Source: Rhynchobatus australiae (lineage: Eukaryota). From it: a stretch of 64,000 bases of DNA. The stretch covers positions 26,852,505-26,916,504 of the forward strand of contig JAUZTB010000070.1 in the NCBI GenBank assembly GCA_034780895.1, read 5' to 3'. Shown here one piece after another: positions 49,739 to 63,960 of the stretch. The position numbers and the translations under genes were made by a program. The notes beneath the pieces were generated by a model. It saw nothing but the letters and a program-made list of their open reading frames with translations, was not told where the DNA came from and did not search any database. Within the stretch, counting starts at the first letter, position 1, and every line of letters starts with the position of its first letter.

Positions 49739-49977
49739 GGGGCGGCATGGTAGCATAGCGGTTAGCACGACGCTATTACAGTGCCAGCGATTGGGGTTCG
49801 ATTCCTGTCGCTGTCTGTAGGGAGTTTGTACATTCTCCCATGTCTATGTGGATTTCCTCTGGGTGCTCCAGTTTCCTCCTCCATTCCAAAGATGTAAGGG
49901 TAGGTTAACATGGGTTTAAATAATGGGCAGCATGGACTCGTTGGGCCAAAGGGCCTGTCATCACACTGTAAATAAAA
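49739..49977 (+). mobile_element. V-SINE (HE1-like)
   Basis: Head ggtagcatagcggttagc...ggggttcgattcc, V-domain, short CR1-type tail gggccaaagggcctgt. Confidence 0.85.
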
Positions 49978-51479
49978 ATTTTAGAAAATTATGGTGATGG
50001 GAGGCGAGTAATGAATTTCTAGCAATAGTCACAGGTCAGGGAGTATCTGTTCGGGGGGGGGAGAATAAAATAGTAAACTTTTCACATTCAAGACCTTTCA
50101 TCAGAATCATCACCACATGTGTTTTGATAAAGCAGCATTTCCTCAGTGCAACAGATTTTGTGTGCAAGTTTCAGGTCATAAAGTAGGATTCCTAAATTTA
50201 TTTTCAACTGTCTCACAAAGAGTATGGAGATTGTGCAGCTTCCTGTCAAAGACACCAGTATTCCTTTTAGAATATTAGTTTGCAAATGCATGCATCAGAT
50301 CTTTGAAGTGCAGTGTCTTCTGTTTAATGCTATCAGCTGCTAGAGTTTATAAAATGAGCAATAAGTTTTCATATACTGTAGCAGCAAATAAGTGAACAGT
50401 GAGTCAAATTGCTAGTTCAACAAACTGCAGAGGAGGTACAAATGAAAACCTGCCAAATTAAATGATCGAATTAAGAGAATAGACTTGAGCCTGCAACAAT
50501 AGAATGTCCTATTGCAAGAAATTTGCAAAAAAGATGCTGAAAACACGTAGTAAACTGATGACATGGCATGGTTATAGGGTAAAGCCATATTATAGGTTAC
50601 AAGGCACCTGTAGTGAATTGCTTGAGAATGATATTTTTAGGCATAATGATGCTTTTCACTAGTTGTTGATGGTGCCTTGTATCCACCTTTTATTTCTTGT
50701 GCTTGAATCTGTTTGTTTTTCATGCGCCAAGCCCTCCATCTTTGTAAACCTTAACTGCTCATTAATACTTCTAGTTGTCTGATGCATAAATATTACCATC
50801 AAGCCACCTTTGATCCTCAGTATGACTGTGTACACTTCACCCATTTTAACAATTTGAAGGTGCAATTTTATTTTACTGGATTCTTATTCTGAAATTTGAT
50901 GTATAGGAAGACCAGCAACACAGTACTGTCACAGTGGATCTTAATGTTTGACTGAAATGTGACAAAGATTGTTACTACTAATCACATTTGAATAGTTACG
51001 GTTCTGTGATGTACGTAATTTAAATTAGGATGATAACAGACTGACTGACCAACTTTTGCCGAAGTTCTTGGTTACCTCCTTGGGTGCAATGTCAACTTTT
51101 GTAAGATACGTCCATGTTTACAACACAATGACTGTATTTAAGGCTGCTGCTTTCTTGTCCCCTCTGAATGACTGGCAGAAATGTGCAAGCTAGAATCTGA
51201 TTTTTAAGATTTAGATATTTAGATGTTGACAGCAACTGCACAAAAATAATTTCACTAAAAAGCAAATTGTGCCACTGTTGCTTAATTCAAGCTGTAAAAC
51301 TAAATATCTTAAGGCCAAAACATTAATTCCTAAAACAGAATGAGAAAAAAAATACAACTTGAATGAAGATTAGAATTCCAATCAGGTACACCTGATGTCC
51401 TCTAAACTGGGGAAAGCAAATTAAGATTTGGTGACTACTTTGCAGAAAACCTTTGTCAAGGATGCAAGGGAAGCTGACA

Positions 51480-52160
51480 CTTGCCTATTACTAATTCTCT
51501 AACCCACTCCTCTCCACTCTACACCATTGCAATGAACCTCAGCACAAGCTTCGACTTGGTACACTGTAGTGTTCAGGACTCAATGTCATCAGCTTAACCA
51601 GTCTTGTGTATCACATTTACATTTTTCTCCTCCTTTCTCTTCTGGTACAGATTTCATTCATCATTTCCTACTTCCATCTCTAGACACCCTCCTTCAACCA
51701 GTACCATCACTTGTGTCTTATCAATTTCTTCTCGTCTCCACCCTACAGACTTGTTTTCCTCCTCTCTCCCTCTCCAACTTGTTTCGCATCTAACTTGGAG
51801 TCATACATCATTGAAACAGGCCCTTTAGCCCAACTGGTTCTATCTGACCAAGATACCCATGCCATCTGGTCTCATTTGCACGAGTTTGGCCCATATTGGC
51901 CCAGATCTTTCCTATCCATGTACCTGTCACTTAAAAGTTGTCTCAACCACTTCCATATACGTACCATCCTCATTGTCTGAAAAGTTGCCCCTTAAAGTTC
52001 CTATTAAATCTTTCCCCTCTCCCTCTATGCCTTCGAGTCCCTATGCCTTCTAGTTCTTGATTCCCCAAGCCTGGGAAAGAGTGCATTCAACTTCCACCAG
52101 TTCTGATGAAAGACCCCTTGACTTAAACCTGATTCGATCCTGACCTGAGTATTCCCAAAC
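51480..52160 (+). mobile_element. Old Penelope-like 3' fragment interrupted by an antisense CR1 tail (51800-52090)
   Basis: Pyrimidine-rich PLE 3' region; decayed ctgatgaaagacc HHR core at ~52103; CR1 antisense tail gaaacaggcccttt..cccaac. Confidence 0.5.
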
Positions 52161-52429
52161 ATTCATTTAAAAGCAGAATAGTTCCGATCCGCCTCTCCTG
52201 CTACCCTCTAAGCATTTTCCCACACTGCAACTCCTCAGCAAGCTCCACTCTTTCAAAAAAAAATGGCTGTGGTCCCACTACCTGCTCTGGGTGGTGAAAG
52301 CACTCGGCTGCAAGATAAACAGCTAGGCAGTAACAAATGGACCAATGATTATCTGCGGTGACTCACGCCCATCACACCTCTGCTTTCACCCTTTTGCAAA
52401 AAAACACAAGTTTTCCCTTGGAAACTTAG

Positions 52430-52900
52430 CCGGAAATTAGACCGGGCTGGCTGACTGCATGAGAAGATCTGACGTCAGAGCTGCCTTCCACCGCCTACTT
52501 ATACGTTTTATTTAATGCTCAGCCTTTGGCTGAGAGCTTTGCACTGCAAAGCATCCAATGCAAACCAGGAGCCTCCGCCGCCAACTACTTTCCACCCCCC
52601 AGACCAGGAGCCTCCAACTTTTCCCCCCTCAACTTTCCTCAGCCTGGCTGCTGCGAGCCAGCCGAACTTCAGCCGCCGCCGCCGCCGCCAGTGGCACCAG
52701 GTTTGAGTGACGGGTCGCCGCAGCCAATGGCAGGCGCCGTCGCCGCTAGCAACGCTCCAAATCAAAGGCCGGGCCGCGGCAGCCCGTCCAATCGCGGGGC
52801 GCGGGTGGCCACGGCACCGCAGCCAGCAAGTTTGGTGGCGGCCGGCGGGGAGGGCGCATGCGCGAAGGAGTTGCCCTGGTGCTGGGTTGGAAATAGGCTT
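52430..52900 (+). promoter_or_regulatory. CpG-island promoter of the next gene (probably CSNK1G2 by synteny)
   Basis: CpG-dense; CRE TGACGTCA 52470-52477; (GCC)6 52672-52689; CCAAT 52724 and 52788; RFX X-box GTCGCCGCTAGCAAC 52739-52753; NRF1 GCGCATGCGC 52854-52863; candidate donor AAG|GTACTG 52982/52983. Confidence 0.8.
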
Positions 52901-53283
52901 TAAAAAAAAATCCCAGCAGCGAAAAAAACAGCAAGAGAGGGAAATGAGGGGAGAGTCTTCTGCAACCCTGACTTAGGAGAAGGTACTGGGTGTTCTTTAC
53001 CTCTCAGCAGTGGCTGGGGAGCAGAGGGTGATAAAGGGGAGGCTGGTTTTAGTCTGGGCTTATGTGTTTTGCTACTGAGCAGCACTTAGGGTTAGGCTCG
53101 GCTGTGTGTGGCTAGGCCTGCCTCGACTCCAGCGCCTTTAAATGAACCAGATCCTCTTCCTTCTGCCTCCACTACCATCCCCTCTCCTCCTGCAGCTTTT
53201 GGCTTTATGCTTTTGCTGGGGTGATGAGCCTTTGCATGTATTCTTACTTGTAACCCTTCCCCAGACACTACCAGGAGGGACTT

Positions 53284-53302
53284 TGTGTGTGTGTGTGTGT
53301 GT
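53284..53302. repeat. (TG)n microsatellite, ~9 units
   Basis: Seen directly. Confidence 0.8.
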
Positions 53303-56300
53303 TTTATTTTTCTAAACTAATTTTTTTTAGTTTTTTTTGTTGCAAGTTCTTTAAAGTCCAAAGATTGCAGTATTTTTATCAGCAACGAGGGAATCCAATG
53401 GTACTTGGTTATTCTAGAGGTGGCTGTGTTTATAAGTTCTGGTGGTGGGGGGTGGTGGGGGTGGAACCTTGGCACAAAACCACCAGATGAATGAATTAAC
53501 TGTTCAACCCAAGAGACAAATGTTTGGGGAATATGAGAGTGTTGTCTTTAAAATTTAGTGTTGTATTGATGGTCATTGTTGAAGTGAGTGGATGTTGTGG
53601 ATCTAACAACATTTTAAAAAAAACAGGAGAATGGATTATGGCAATGTGGTCAGTGGATGGGATGCTCACTGTTTTAGGACCTCTCATGATACTTGAACGT
53701 TTGCATTGATTTTCATTTTGTCTTCTCTTCCAGTTCTCTGTTCCCCATTCCCTCCCTCCCTCATCAACTTTCTTTCCAATCAAAATTTTAAATACTAAGT
53801 ATGTAAAAGTGATAGGAATAATATGTTGTTGAAGCCTTTCAGTTGATAATTTCATGTTTAAATAATTTTATGAAGCATGTATTTCAGATGGACACACAAA
53901 TAGCTTTAACACTATTGGTGTTTTGGGCATTGTTGAAAGGAAGTGTAAATACATCATCAAATTTATTTTATAATTGGATCCCTATTCTACAGTAGGTAAA
54001 CAGTCTAAAGGGGAACATTACCCTAAATGTTTATTGGGTGGCGTTACTGTTTTTCAAATCTATTTAATTCCAGTGATTAGTTTCAAACTCGAGGAGGAGG
54101 GCCCTGTTTAGAAAGTTTCCCAGGGCACATTAAAAAAAAGTATTGAAATAATATATTTGAAAAAAACAAATTCTAAATCACCTACCAAAATATTTGATAG
54201 ACATATTTTTAAAAATAAAAAAAAAATCTACAAGGTGGAAAATAGTGTACAAGGCAGCAATTATTGGAGAAGACCTGATTGGGTAGTTATTTGGATGCTA
54301 TCCAGTTATGTTCAGTGATATGTGATGGAACATTCTGAATGAAACAAACAGTAAATAACAAGTTACATGTTAGTTACAAAATAGTTGCATTCTTCATTCT
54401 TTAGCATGCAACTTTATTTAAATATTCCTACAGATTGCATTGAATATATATATAACATGTTAATGTTGATACATTTTTAGAACCCAATTTGAAATATAGC
54501 TAATAGAATAATGCTGGTGATAAAAATTTATATCCTAGGAAGATACAATGCTACAAATTTTCTAATGTTACATATGTTAGGACAGATACTTGATATAAAA
54601 GTATCNNNNNNNNNNNNNNNNNNNNNNNNNNNNNNNNNNNNNNNNNNNNNNNNNNNNNNNNNNNNNNNNNNNNNNNNNNNNNNNNNNNNNNNNNNNNNNN
54701 NNNNNCACAGACAGAACCAGACATTAAGATTGAACCAACTATAAAAGTATCCTTTAAATGAATGTAAATAGGAAGAATGGAGGTTGAAGCAAAATGAATA
54801 TTACAGAATCTAACCTCAGGAAGTACTTTTGCAGTTTTGTCCTAAAAAAGTACAGTTGTATTGCACACTAGTTTTCAAAATATAATTAATTGATGAATTT
54901 GAAGTGACACCATTATGTCACCTGTGATTTGCTTTTGTGAGTTCTTTTTATCAACAAATGAAACCGGTTCTTTGGAATTGCAAGCACTATTTCATCAACT
55001 ATCCAGTTGATGATTAACATTTCTAATCAGTGTTTGCATGATAATAATTATGCTGTTGAATTTTTAATATTTTTCATGATCCTAGTATATTTGTACACCA
55101 GTGTATCTAAGACTCAGCATCTTACATGTCTGGTTTGACTCTGGGAGCCAGTTATAGAGATCTGAATGAATCATATTTCCAGAATTTTGAGGCTAAATTT
55201 TAGTATTGTTTCTTAAAGTGAATTCTCCCTTTTCATGTATTAATGCCAATTGAATGGCCTTTTATGACCATCTTCCATATAGTCACTAACTTGAAGATTT
55301 GCAAGTTTTGAAAGTTGATTGGTTTCCTCTTCCGAAGCAAATACTAACAACTTTTTTCTCTACCATATCCTTCCCACCTTAAGGCTTGCATTGCCTGCTG
55401 CAGATTCGTTCATTGCGTAATTGTACATTTCATCATTGGGCCTTTTATTCCACATGATGGGCCTGTTTGAATACTAATGTCAAAGTTTACAATGGCATAA
55501 TGTTTAGAGCTGATTGGAAATTTATGACATTTGATGCGATTTGTCATTCTGTTGCTGATGGGAAAAACCTACTTTAAATGGACGTAGCTGAGTTTGTATG
55601 GGTAGTAGAATCCATCTTGGTTCGGTTGTGCTTTATAATTTAATGTATTGGATCAAATAATTTTGAAGCAGGAAGGCATTGTTGAAGTTAATTCAAGTAC
55701 TTTTGCTGCCTCAGATCCCATCTTCTAAAGAACATAATTTTGTGCTCACAATAAAATACATTTTGTATGTATTATTGAATATTGGTGGTTCTTGCTTCTC
55801 AAATTATGTCAGTTATTTTGAACAAAGAAACCCTAGGAACCAAAGATTCTGTCAAACATGTTGGCATTCAAAAAGATAACTCTAACCCTAACCTAATGAG
55901 GAGGATCTTGTGCTCCTTAAATCCCCACAATTCAACTTTTTGCAGGAAATACTTAATGCAAATAGAAGCACGGGAAAGGATTCTGAAGAATAATTTCCCA
56001 TTACTATCTTTTGATAGTCTTATAGATAGAAATCACTAATTCTAAAGGGAGATAAAGTCTGAATAATGATAAGGGGATTAGCTTTGTGCACAGAAGAATT
56101 ATGGGTTGAAGGTTTCTTGGACTTTGCAGCAGTAGAAAATGTGTTTTGAAATTATCCAGACTGGTTCATTTAGTTTGGTGAAAGATGCAAAATGCAATGA
56201 AATTAATTTGTGGGTAAGTGCAAAATCTGAAACCGATGTGATAATACAGCAGAGCAGAATTTAATTACAGGGAGTGGCAGTGGAAAGATTAATGGATAGA

Positions 56301-56829
56301 AGTAGGACATTTAATTAGTTCAGCAGGTGCAAATCTCAATGTTGTGAATTTGCAGAACTTGGTGCTTGTGCTGTGCCAGAATTTGTTATGTTTGTATAAA
56401 TCTTGGTTAGGTGGTTCACTTATTTTACTACGTTGGGATTCAGCACAATAGTTTTTGATAGATCACCTGGGCACTTCTATTATGACAGTTTCACTGTCAA
56501 TCACACTCTGTGCTGTCGAGTCTCCCAGCATTTAAATTTCCTCACGGAATCGGTGGTTACGCTACAAACCTAAGACAAGTAACCGAATTGCAGAGAGGAA
56601 GATTGGTGTTATGTGTTAACGATTTGCTGCCAGTGTTTGGTTACGTGTATATGTGGAGTTGTGCTCACCTGACAGCTTTTTTTTACATATTAGCTATCTG
56701 AATTCTTGAAATATTAACAAGATTTAGAACAAGTTTACAAGTGCAAGTAGATGCTCATATTTAAACGTGCAAATAGGTGCTCCCATTTAAATGTGCATAG
56801 CAGAGTGGTTTAAAAAGTGTGACTTGAAT

Positions 56830-57520
56830 GTATGGAGCACGGTAAAGTAGTTTGCAGAGACAAAAAGTGGCTATTTGGTTGAAAGGGAGAGGTAAAACTT
56901 TAGACTTTGGAAAGATACAAATGACCTGGTCAGTCTGGTAGAAAAATGACAAATGGGATTTAATCCAAAGAAACGCAAGGTAATACATTTGAGGAGGTGC
57001 AGCCAAGCAAAGGAGTACACAGAGGCACAGAATCATGCAGCACAGAAACAGGCCCTTCGGCCCACCAAGTCCATGCTGGCCATCAACTCCTACTTGTGGT
57101 AATTCTACATGTTCCCTCAACTTTCTCCTAGATTCTACCACTCAGCTATGCAATAGGAACAATTTATAGCAACCAATCAACCCACTGGCCTATGCAGCCC
57201 TCATATGCAGTAGATAGGAGAAAGTGGATAAGAGGAACCTTGCATTGTGTCCACAGATCCTTAAGGGTAGCAGCACAGATAGATGAGGTGATTCGTGGGC
57301 CTGTTTCCTTGCTGCATGACTCTGATCTGAAAAGGCAGATGGGGTGGTTTCCTTTATTAGCTGAGGCATAGAATATGAGCCAGGAGGTTGTGCTGGAATT
57401 GCATATAATTGGGCCACAGTTTGAGTACTGAATACTATTCTACTCATGACATTACAAGAAAAAATGATGTTGTACTGGAGAGGGTGCAGAGAAGAGGTAC
57501 AAGTATGTTGCTAGGACTGG
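56830..57520 (+). mobile_element. Decayed CR1 fragments with a nested antisense SINE/CR1 tail
   Basis: VVLERVQRRGTSMLLGL; tttaatccaaagaaacgcaaggtaatacattt (FNxxKCxVxHF). Confidence 0.55.
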
Positions 57521-57683
57521 GAAATCAGCATGAAATAATATTGGATAGAATTAGAATAGAGAATGTTGAGGTGAGAATTAATTCAGATTAATAAATAGAC
57601 AGATGAATAAAAAGCAGGGAAGCATTATCAAGAATTCTAGTTTTTTGAAAAGCCATTGTTAAAGGAAAGGGGATTTGCATTTA

Positions 57684-58085
57684 TAGTCATACAGCATGGA
57701 AACATGCCCTTCGGCCCAACTCGTCCATGCCGACTGTGTTGCCTAGTGAGCTAGTCCCATCTGCCCGCGTTTGGCCCATAGCCGTCTAAACCTCTCCTAT
57801 CCATGTATTTATCCAGATGGCTTTTAAATGTTGATAATGTGCCCACCTCAACCACTATTTCTGGCAGCTCATTCCAAATACGCACCACCCTTTGTGTGAA
57901 GAAGCTACCCCTGATGTCCCTTTTAAATCTCTCACCTCTGAACTTAAACCTATGCCCTCTTGTTTTTAGCAACCACCCCGGGGAAAAAGACTATGTGCTT
58001 TCACCCTGTCTATGCCCCTGGTGGTCTTGTATACCTCTATGAGGTCACCTCTCAATCTCCTACATTCCAGGGAATAAAGTCCTGG
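57684..58085 (-). mobile_element. CR1-clade (HER1-like) LINE 3' end, relatively young
   Basis: TRGHRFKFRGERFKRDIRGSFFTQRVVRIWNELPE..FKSHLDKYMDRRGLDGYGPNAGRWD. Confidence 0.9.
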
Positions 58086-59479
58086 TCCATGCATATTTTG
58101 TGACTTCATGGCCAATTCACTATTGCAAGATAGGAGAAGTGGTGATCCATCTGGAAATAGTCATGTGGCAATGATCAAATGGTGTGATTGGGGGATACCT
58201 TATTAGCCAGGTAAACCATGGATGATTCACGTGTTCATCTTTGAAATATTGCCAAGATATCTTCCGTGTGCCTTTGAGAGCAAATAGATGAGGTGTTAAA
58301 GTGAGGCCTAAAAAGTGTTTGCTTCCAGACTCTTGGGCTTTGAGGCAACATTTTATTGGGGTAAAAAACAATTTTGTTATTTTGCTAAGGATGTATGTCT
58401 ATGAAATTTGATACAGGAATCCTTACTGGTCAAAATTTGCCTCTGCACCTGTAAATGTTGGAAGAATAAATCCTTTGTATTTGTATAATTGGGCTGCCCA
58501 GGCTTCTGCAGGAAAAAAAAGATTTCCTGAACAAAACAATTTTCTTCTATACAGAGTACAAAATACCCTGTGAATATTTTTTTTCTGCTGCTATGGTTTA
58601 GTGTTTGTGCAAAAGTCTGCCATAGATCTTGCATCCAACGTACAAAAATAGACTAATGTAACTGAAGTAAATAAGTGGTGTTTTTTTTGTCCTGCTTAAT
58701 TAAGGACATTTTAATTGTCTGCAGTGAAAATTATAATTTCACTCGATGTTCATGCATCCTTGGAACAGTAACCTGTTTTACACCCATTTGCAAAATATAA
58801 ATATGTAGATATGTGAGTGGTGAGATCATGTTTGCCGGAATTGTGAGGCATTAGCTGAGCAATTTGGTAATGGGAGAAAATAGAGGTTGCATTTGTCAAG
58901 GTAGAGGTGAAATCCTCCATTGGTCTTGAACGTTCAAATAAATTCAATTTTTCCATGCATGTCTCACTTGCTGTACAAGATAATGTCATGCCTTTTTACA
59001 AAATTATTCCTTAGATCATTGAGTAAACATTTACAGCTGACCTTGTTGTTTGTATGACTAAACCTCTTGAATGTAAAGGAGAATAATTTTCTCATGTCCA
59101 TAAGCACCACCCTGGCTTTATAATTGTGAAGAGAAGTGTTGGCATTCTGGTGAATTTTAGTGTACCTTTACCTCTTCACCATTGGGCATTAAATATGTAT
59201 CGTTAATCAGGATTTTGTGCACTCTTGCATTATATTTTATCTTCATAACATTAATCAACATTAAATATTTTTGGGCTTTGGTTTGAAAGTTCAAGATGCT
59301 GTAAATTCCTCTTAATAGGAGATAATGAAATTAAAGGGTAGGCCCACATAGCTGTTGCTGTTTAACAAAACAGATGCATTTTTAGTTTTTATAATTGGGA
59401 GGAAATTATTTGGAAGCGATTTAATTTTTCAATCTAAAGGCTGATTTTTCACTGCAGTTTATATTTGGAAATAAACAGG

Positions 59480-60510
59480 ACAGAAACAAGACATTTGATC
59501 CATCATACCTGTGTTAATTCTTGTTTTGCTTTGTCCCTGCTTTTTTGTCCCTAACATTGTAATTTTTTTAATTTTTCAGCTTCCTCCACTTTTTAAGTAG
59601 GAATTTTTCAAGTAGATCTTCCCTTTAGATCTTTTGCCAATGATTATGAATATGTGATCTCTGGCTATCAACTCAGTTGCCAGAGAGGGTAGTTTTATTC
59701 CATCTATGCTATTGGTGTTTCACAACTGAAGTCTGTCATCCCTGGTGTACTATTTCTACCCTTTCTAAGAGCATTTTATCTATTCGGAAGTGCTGAGCCC
59801 AGAATTATCCTTTGTACTCCAGCTGAGGCCTGACCAGTGACTAATGAAATTGGGTAAATTATGCTACAGCTTTACAGTGTTATTAATAGTATAGACCTCC
59901 CCAAAGCATGTCGCTTCGCCAAATTGAACATCAGTTGCTATGCTTCAGTCCCTTTCACAATCCATTCTCTCATCTTGAAACAAGATGACAATTCTCATCA
60001 TTTTTTATGATTGTAGGTTGAAAATTGGCGAACTTAGTCATGCTGGTCCCTACACCTGAGTGTAGGCCATACATGTGTGTGTTGTTTACTAGTGAAGGAC
60101 CAAACACAGATCCCAGGCAAACCACCCAGCCTGAGGAAATATCCATCCTCCACCGTGCTTTGCTCCCTGTTACGTGGCAAATTTCACATCTATAATAGTC
60201 ACCATTTCAGAGGCTTCCATCAACTTTTTCAAAAAAAAACTTCCTGTACTGCACTTTGGTCTTTCAGAAGGCATCCAACAGATACAAAGCAACAATTAAC
60301 TTTCTTACGCATGATTTGCCTTTTGCCTTGCAGTCCTTCCTTGATTAACAGGAATAAAATTTTATTTCATCACATTAATGGTTTTCATTATCTGCCTTGC
60401 CGTCAACGTAAGGCTGACTGGGACTGTCCTGCAGTTTCCTGGTTTACCCCTCCTTGCTTTCTTGAAAAGTGACATAACGTTTGCAGCCCTAAAGTGCTCT
60501 GCCATTACTC
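59480..60510 (-). mobile_element. Old CR1 LINE fragments
   Basis: ANVMSLFKKARRGKPGNCR.PVSLT (RT-proximal motif). Confidence 0.55.
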
Positions 60511-60889
60511 TTCCAACTTGCCAAGACTGCCTGTGTAATTTCATTTTCTTTCAGCAGTTATGACACACTCAGTGTGGACCGGTTCAGATTAATACTGCAT
60601 GAGATATTTTAATAATTACAGTAAAAGTAAATTAAACCATTTCACAAAGAACCATTCAGAACTGAAAACAAGGCGAGTAAAATCAAGTGAACTTTTTGAC
60701 CTAAACAGACTGAATATTTAAGCAGTTTATATTTCATAAAATAATCCACAAATCTTTAGAATTCATACAATTTATATTGCCAGTTATATATCACTTTGTT
60801 GTTTGGAAATTTGTATTATAAAATAAAACTTGTATTAAGTGGTGTCTTTGGTTTACTGGACACCATGCCTGATGACTAAGGAAGACTGA

Positions 60890-61100
60890 GCCCGAAGGCC
60901 CACACTGAATGTTTCAGAAACAGTTTCTTCCCCTCCGCCATCAGATTTCTGATAAGTCCATGAACTCTACCTCATTATTCCTCTTTTGCACAATATGTAT
61001 GTTTGTATTTATTTATTTATTGGTAACTTGTAGTGATTTTTATGTCTTGTGTTGTATTGCTGCCGCAAAACAACAAATTTCACAATGCACGTCAGTGATA
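60890..61100 (+). mobile_element. Rex1-type LINE 3' end
   Basis: gtttcagaaacagtttcttcccctccgccatcagatttctga and a tail matching 10520-10810. Confidence 0.8.
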
Positions 61101-62850
61101 ATAAATCTGATTCTGACCACTTAATGTTTTGTGCTAAAGGACAAGGAATTTCATATTTAGTTTTCTTTAATGTATCAATGTATAAAACAATTTTGCCACA
61201 TTCAAAGCTTTTGTGATGAAACTTTGTCCTCTAGAGCTTTTGTAGTTACTGTGTTAATATTCTCTAGGTGACTGTTTAGGCTGAACAATATCTGATAATG
61301 TGATGGCTAAGAATGTCAAAATATTTCTAGTTTTGCTGTTGAAAATTCTATTTGTCAATGCAGATTAATTTTGTGGCTTCAATTTATGATAATGGGACTA
61401 ATAATGTCCTCAATAAAATATATACAGTACCTGGTTTGCTCTGAAATTTGGAGCTCTAATTTAATCCTACTCAACATTTTGATTGTTTTGACGATTACAA
61501 CTTCAAGGAGCTCCACAACCAGCAATACATATCTAATTTTTGACCATATCAAACTTGGGATGCATGTGAAGTGATACATTTTTAGAAAGTGAAATTATTT
61601 TTCCATTTTATAGAGTAAAAGGCTATTAGAATGTGACTTTTGTGTTTTTCTTTAGTTAATATTAACTGATTTAAATGGAGAATCAAGCAGTTGTGAAGAT
61701 TATATTATACAGTTTAGATTTAGTTTGAGAAGCCTATGTTGAAAGAAAAAAATGCTTTGGCAAAGGTTACACTATCTGTATAATGTCATTTGTTATAATC
61801 AATACAAAAATTGAATGGATCTGCAATGCTAGCTCTTGATTTTCTCCATGTCAGGACGTGGTTTTGATGCAGATAGTTGCATGTTTAATAATGTTGGCAT
61901 CATGTATTTCTGTTTGATTCTCTTCTTTGCTAAAGCAGCTGATTTTATTTTTGTACCACTTTTTCCTCGTTCCCTACCTTTTCCATTCCCCCACCCTACT
62001 CCTCAGTTTCCTGCTTTGGTGACTCATCTGAGATTGAAGTATTGTATTCAACATTGAGTACACAAATTGTTCTGTGTTTTCGAAATGGAATTTTCAGTGT
62101 GAATTTGAACTGCAGCATCCTTTGTCAGAATGACCCGTATGTAGAGAACAGGATCAATTGACATTTGAAACCTTCATTCAAGCCTGCTAGGTTAAAGTAG
62201 TTCATTGGAAAATTATACTTCTATTCCACTAATTTTCTCAAGATAATCAGCTGTACTTTAATAGTATGGAGACTGTTGGTTACGGTAAACTTGCAACTTT
62301 GTTGGTCAAGCTGACATGCAGCTTGGGGTATTGAGATGGTAGTCTTTTTGGCAGTGTGCTCATCAAAGATGGTTTTGATAATGTTTCAATGCAAAACTCT
62401 CCCGTATTCGACTGTAAGTGCAATACTTGTTAACATAAATTTCTGTGGATGCTTGTCTAGGAAATGGAAGTATCTGGAGCTATCATATTTAAGAGAAATT
62501 ATAGATTCTCAGTCAGTGCTCGCCATCTAAAATGATGTTGATAGACCTTACATCTTTTCAGTGCTATAGATTTAAAAAGAAAATTAAGAAATGGATAGGT
62601 AAAGTTGGAATATCATTCTGATATGGAAATTATAGAGGGACCATTTCAAGATAGAATTAATATTTTACTATTGACGCTAAATGTTTGATATTCCATTTTC
62701 CAATATTGAAATTATTCATCATGACGGATAAAAATAAAATTCTATTACTANNNNNNNNNNNNNNNNNNNNNNNNNNNNNNNNNNNNNNNNNNNNNNNNNN
62801 NNNNNNNNNNNNNNNNNNNNNNNNNNNNNNNNNNNNNNNNNNNNNNNNNN

Positions 62851-62933
62851 CTTACAGACAGTGACGGGAATCAAACCCCAATCGCTGGCGCTGTAATAGC
62901 GTTGCGCTAACCGCTACGCTACCGTGCCGTCCC
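62851..62933 (-). mobile_element. V-SINE tRNA-like head (young, CpG-rich), cut by an N gap
   Basis: Reverse complement gggacggcacggtagcgtagcggttagcgcaacgctattacagcgccagcgattggggtttgattcccgtcactgtctgtaag. Confidence 0.8.
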
Positions 62934-63359
62934 ATATGGTTTCAGACCCTTTGCATGAGCTGAGTTATAAATATTAAACTTTGACTGAACTCTGCAGCTT
63001 TGCCCACTCTCCACACCTTGTGGATATCTGATCAGCAGTTTGTTCATTAGTAAGTACAGTTCTGAAACATTCTTTATTCCTGAATTATTCATAAATGTAG
63101 ATAAACCTTAGCTTGGACCTTTTCTTTTATAAGCAACTTTCCTTTTAAGAATAGGAGAGTGAAGAAATTAAGTTGCTATAGATTTTTAATCAAACAAATT
63201 GGGGACAGAACTGCTTTAAAGTTGATAAATTATACTGCAGTGGAATGCAGATAGAAGATGATGTCTTATTTCTCTTTCTGTGAAGCTATGAAACTGGAAT
63301 TGTGAACATTTTTTAAATAGCTGGAATCTGGTTTTGTAACATCTCGCATGCATGGTTCC

Positions 63360-63575
63360 ATTTATTATTATTGGTTTAGTCTCCTCACATTGTGAGGTAC
63401 AGTGAAAAACTTTGTTTTGCATGCCATCCATTCAGATCATTTCATCACATCGGTACGTCGAGGTAGTACAGGGGAAAAGCAATGATAGAATGCAGAATAT
63501 AGTGTTACAGAGAAAATGCAGTGCAGGCAGACAATAAGGTGCAAGGCCATGACGGGCTAGATTGTGAGGTCCATC
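63360..63575 (-). mobile_element. LINE 3' tail (uninterrupted relative of 2490-3130)
   Basis: acagtgaaaaactttgttttgcat...gaggtagtaca...aatatag...gtgcagg..gacaataagg. Confidence 0.65.
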
Positions 63576-63854
63576 TCAAATACAGACAGTGGCTCCTGTG
63601 GTTTTTTTTGTATGTCACAGAACCATTCAGGTCCAGTTCCTGATCTCATTGGGCAGCAATTAACTTGCTGAAGCAGGCTTTGTCATCTCTCTATTAGATT
63701 GGGAAAATATTATTAGGTCATGCAAGAAATGTTGCTTGTAGAAGGCATAACTGGATTGTTGATGAGGACAGATTATCCCCAGCTAACCTGCCAAGCTCAT
63801 GCCTATATTTGTGCATAAAGAAGTCTCCTGGATAAAGGATTAGGGGACTGGTCA

Positions 63855-63960
63855 ATGCTGCAGACGTGAAAAACAATCGCACATGTCTGAAATAGAAACA
63901 GAAAATACTAGAAAAACTCGGCAGGTCAGGCAGCGTCTGTGGAAAGAAAAATCAGTTCTG
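63855..63960 (-). mobile_element. Penelope-like terminal fragment
   Basis: aactcggcaggtcaggcagcgtctgtggaaagaa matches the PLE terminus. Confidence 0.55.

Noticed and set aside
52508-52976. Overlapping Pro/Arg/Ala-rich ORFs in the second CpG island
   Set aside because: Expected from GC-rich, stop-poor promoter sequence; no protein similarity recognised.
55882-55897. ctaaccctaacc telomere-like repeat
   Set aside because: Only two units; expected by chance.
62851-62933. tRNA-like sequence with A and B boxes (also 2637-2705, 49739-49810)
   Set aside because: It runs straight into SINE body sequence (tgtctgtaag...); these are SINE heads, not tRNA genes.
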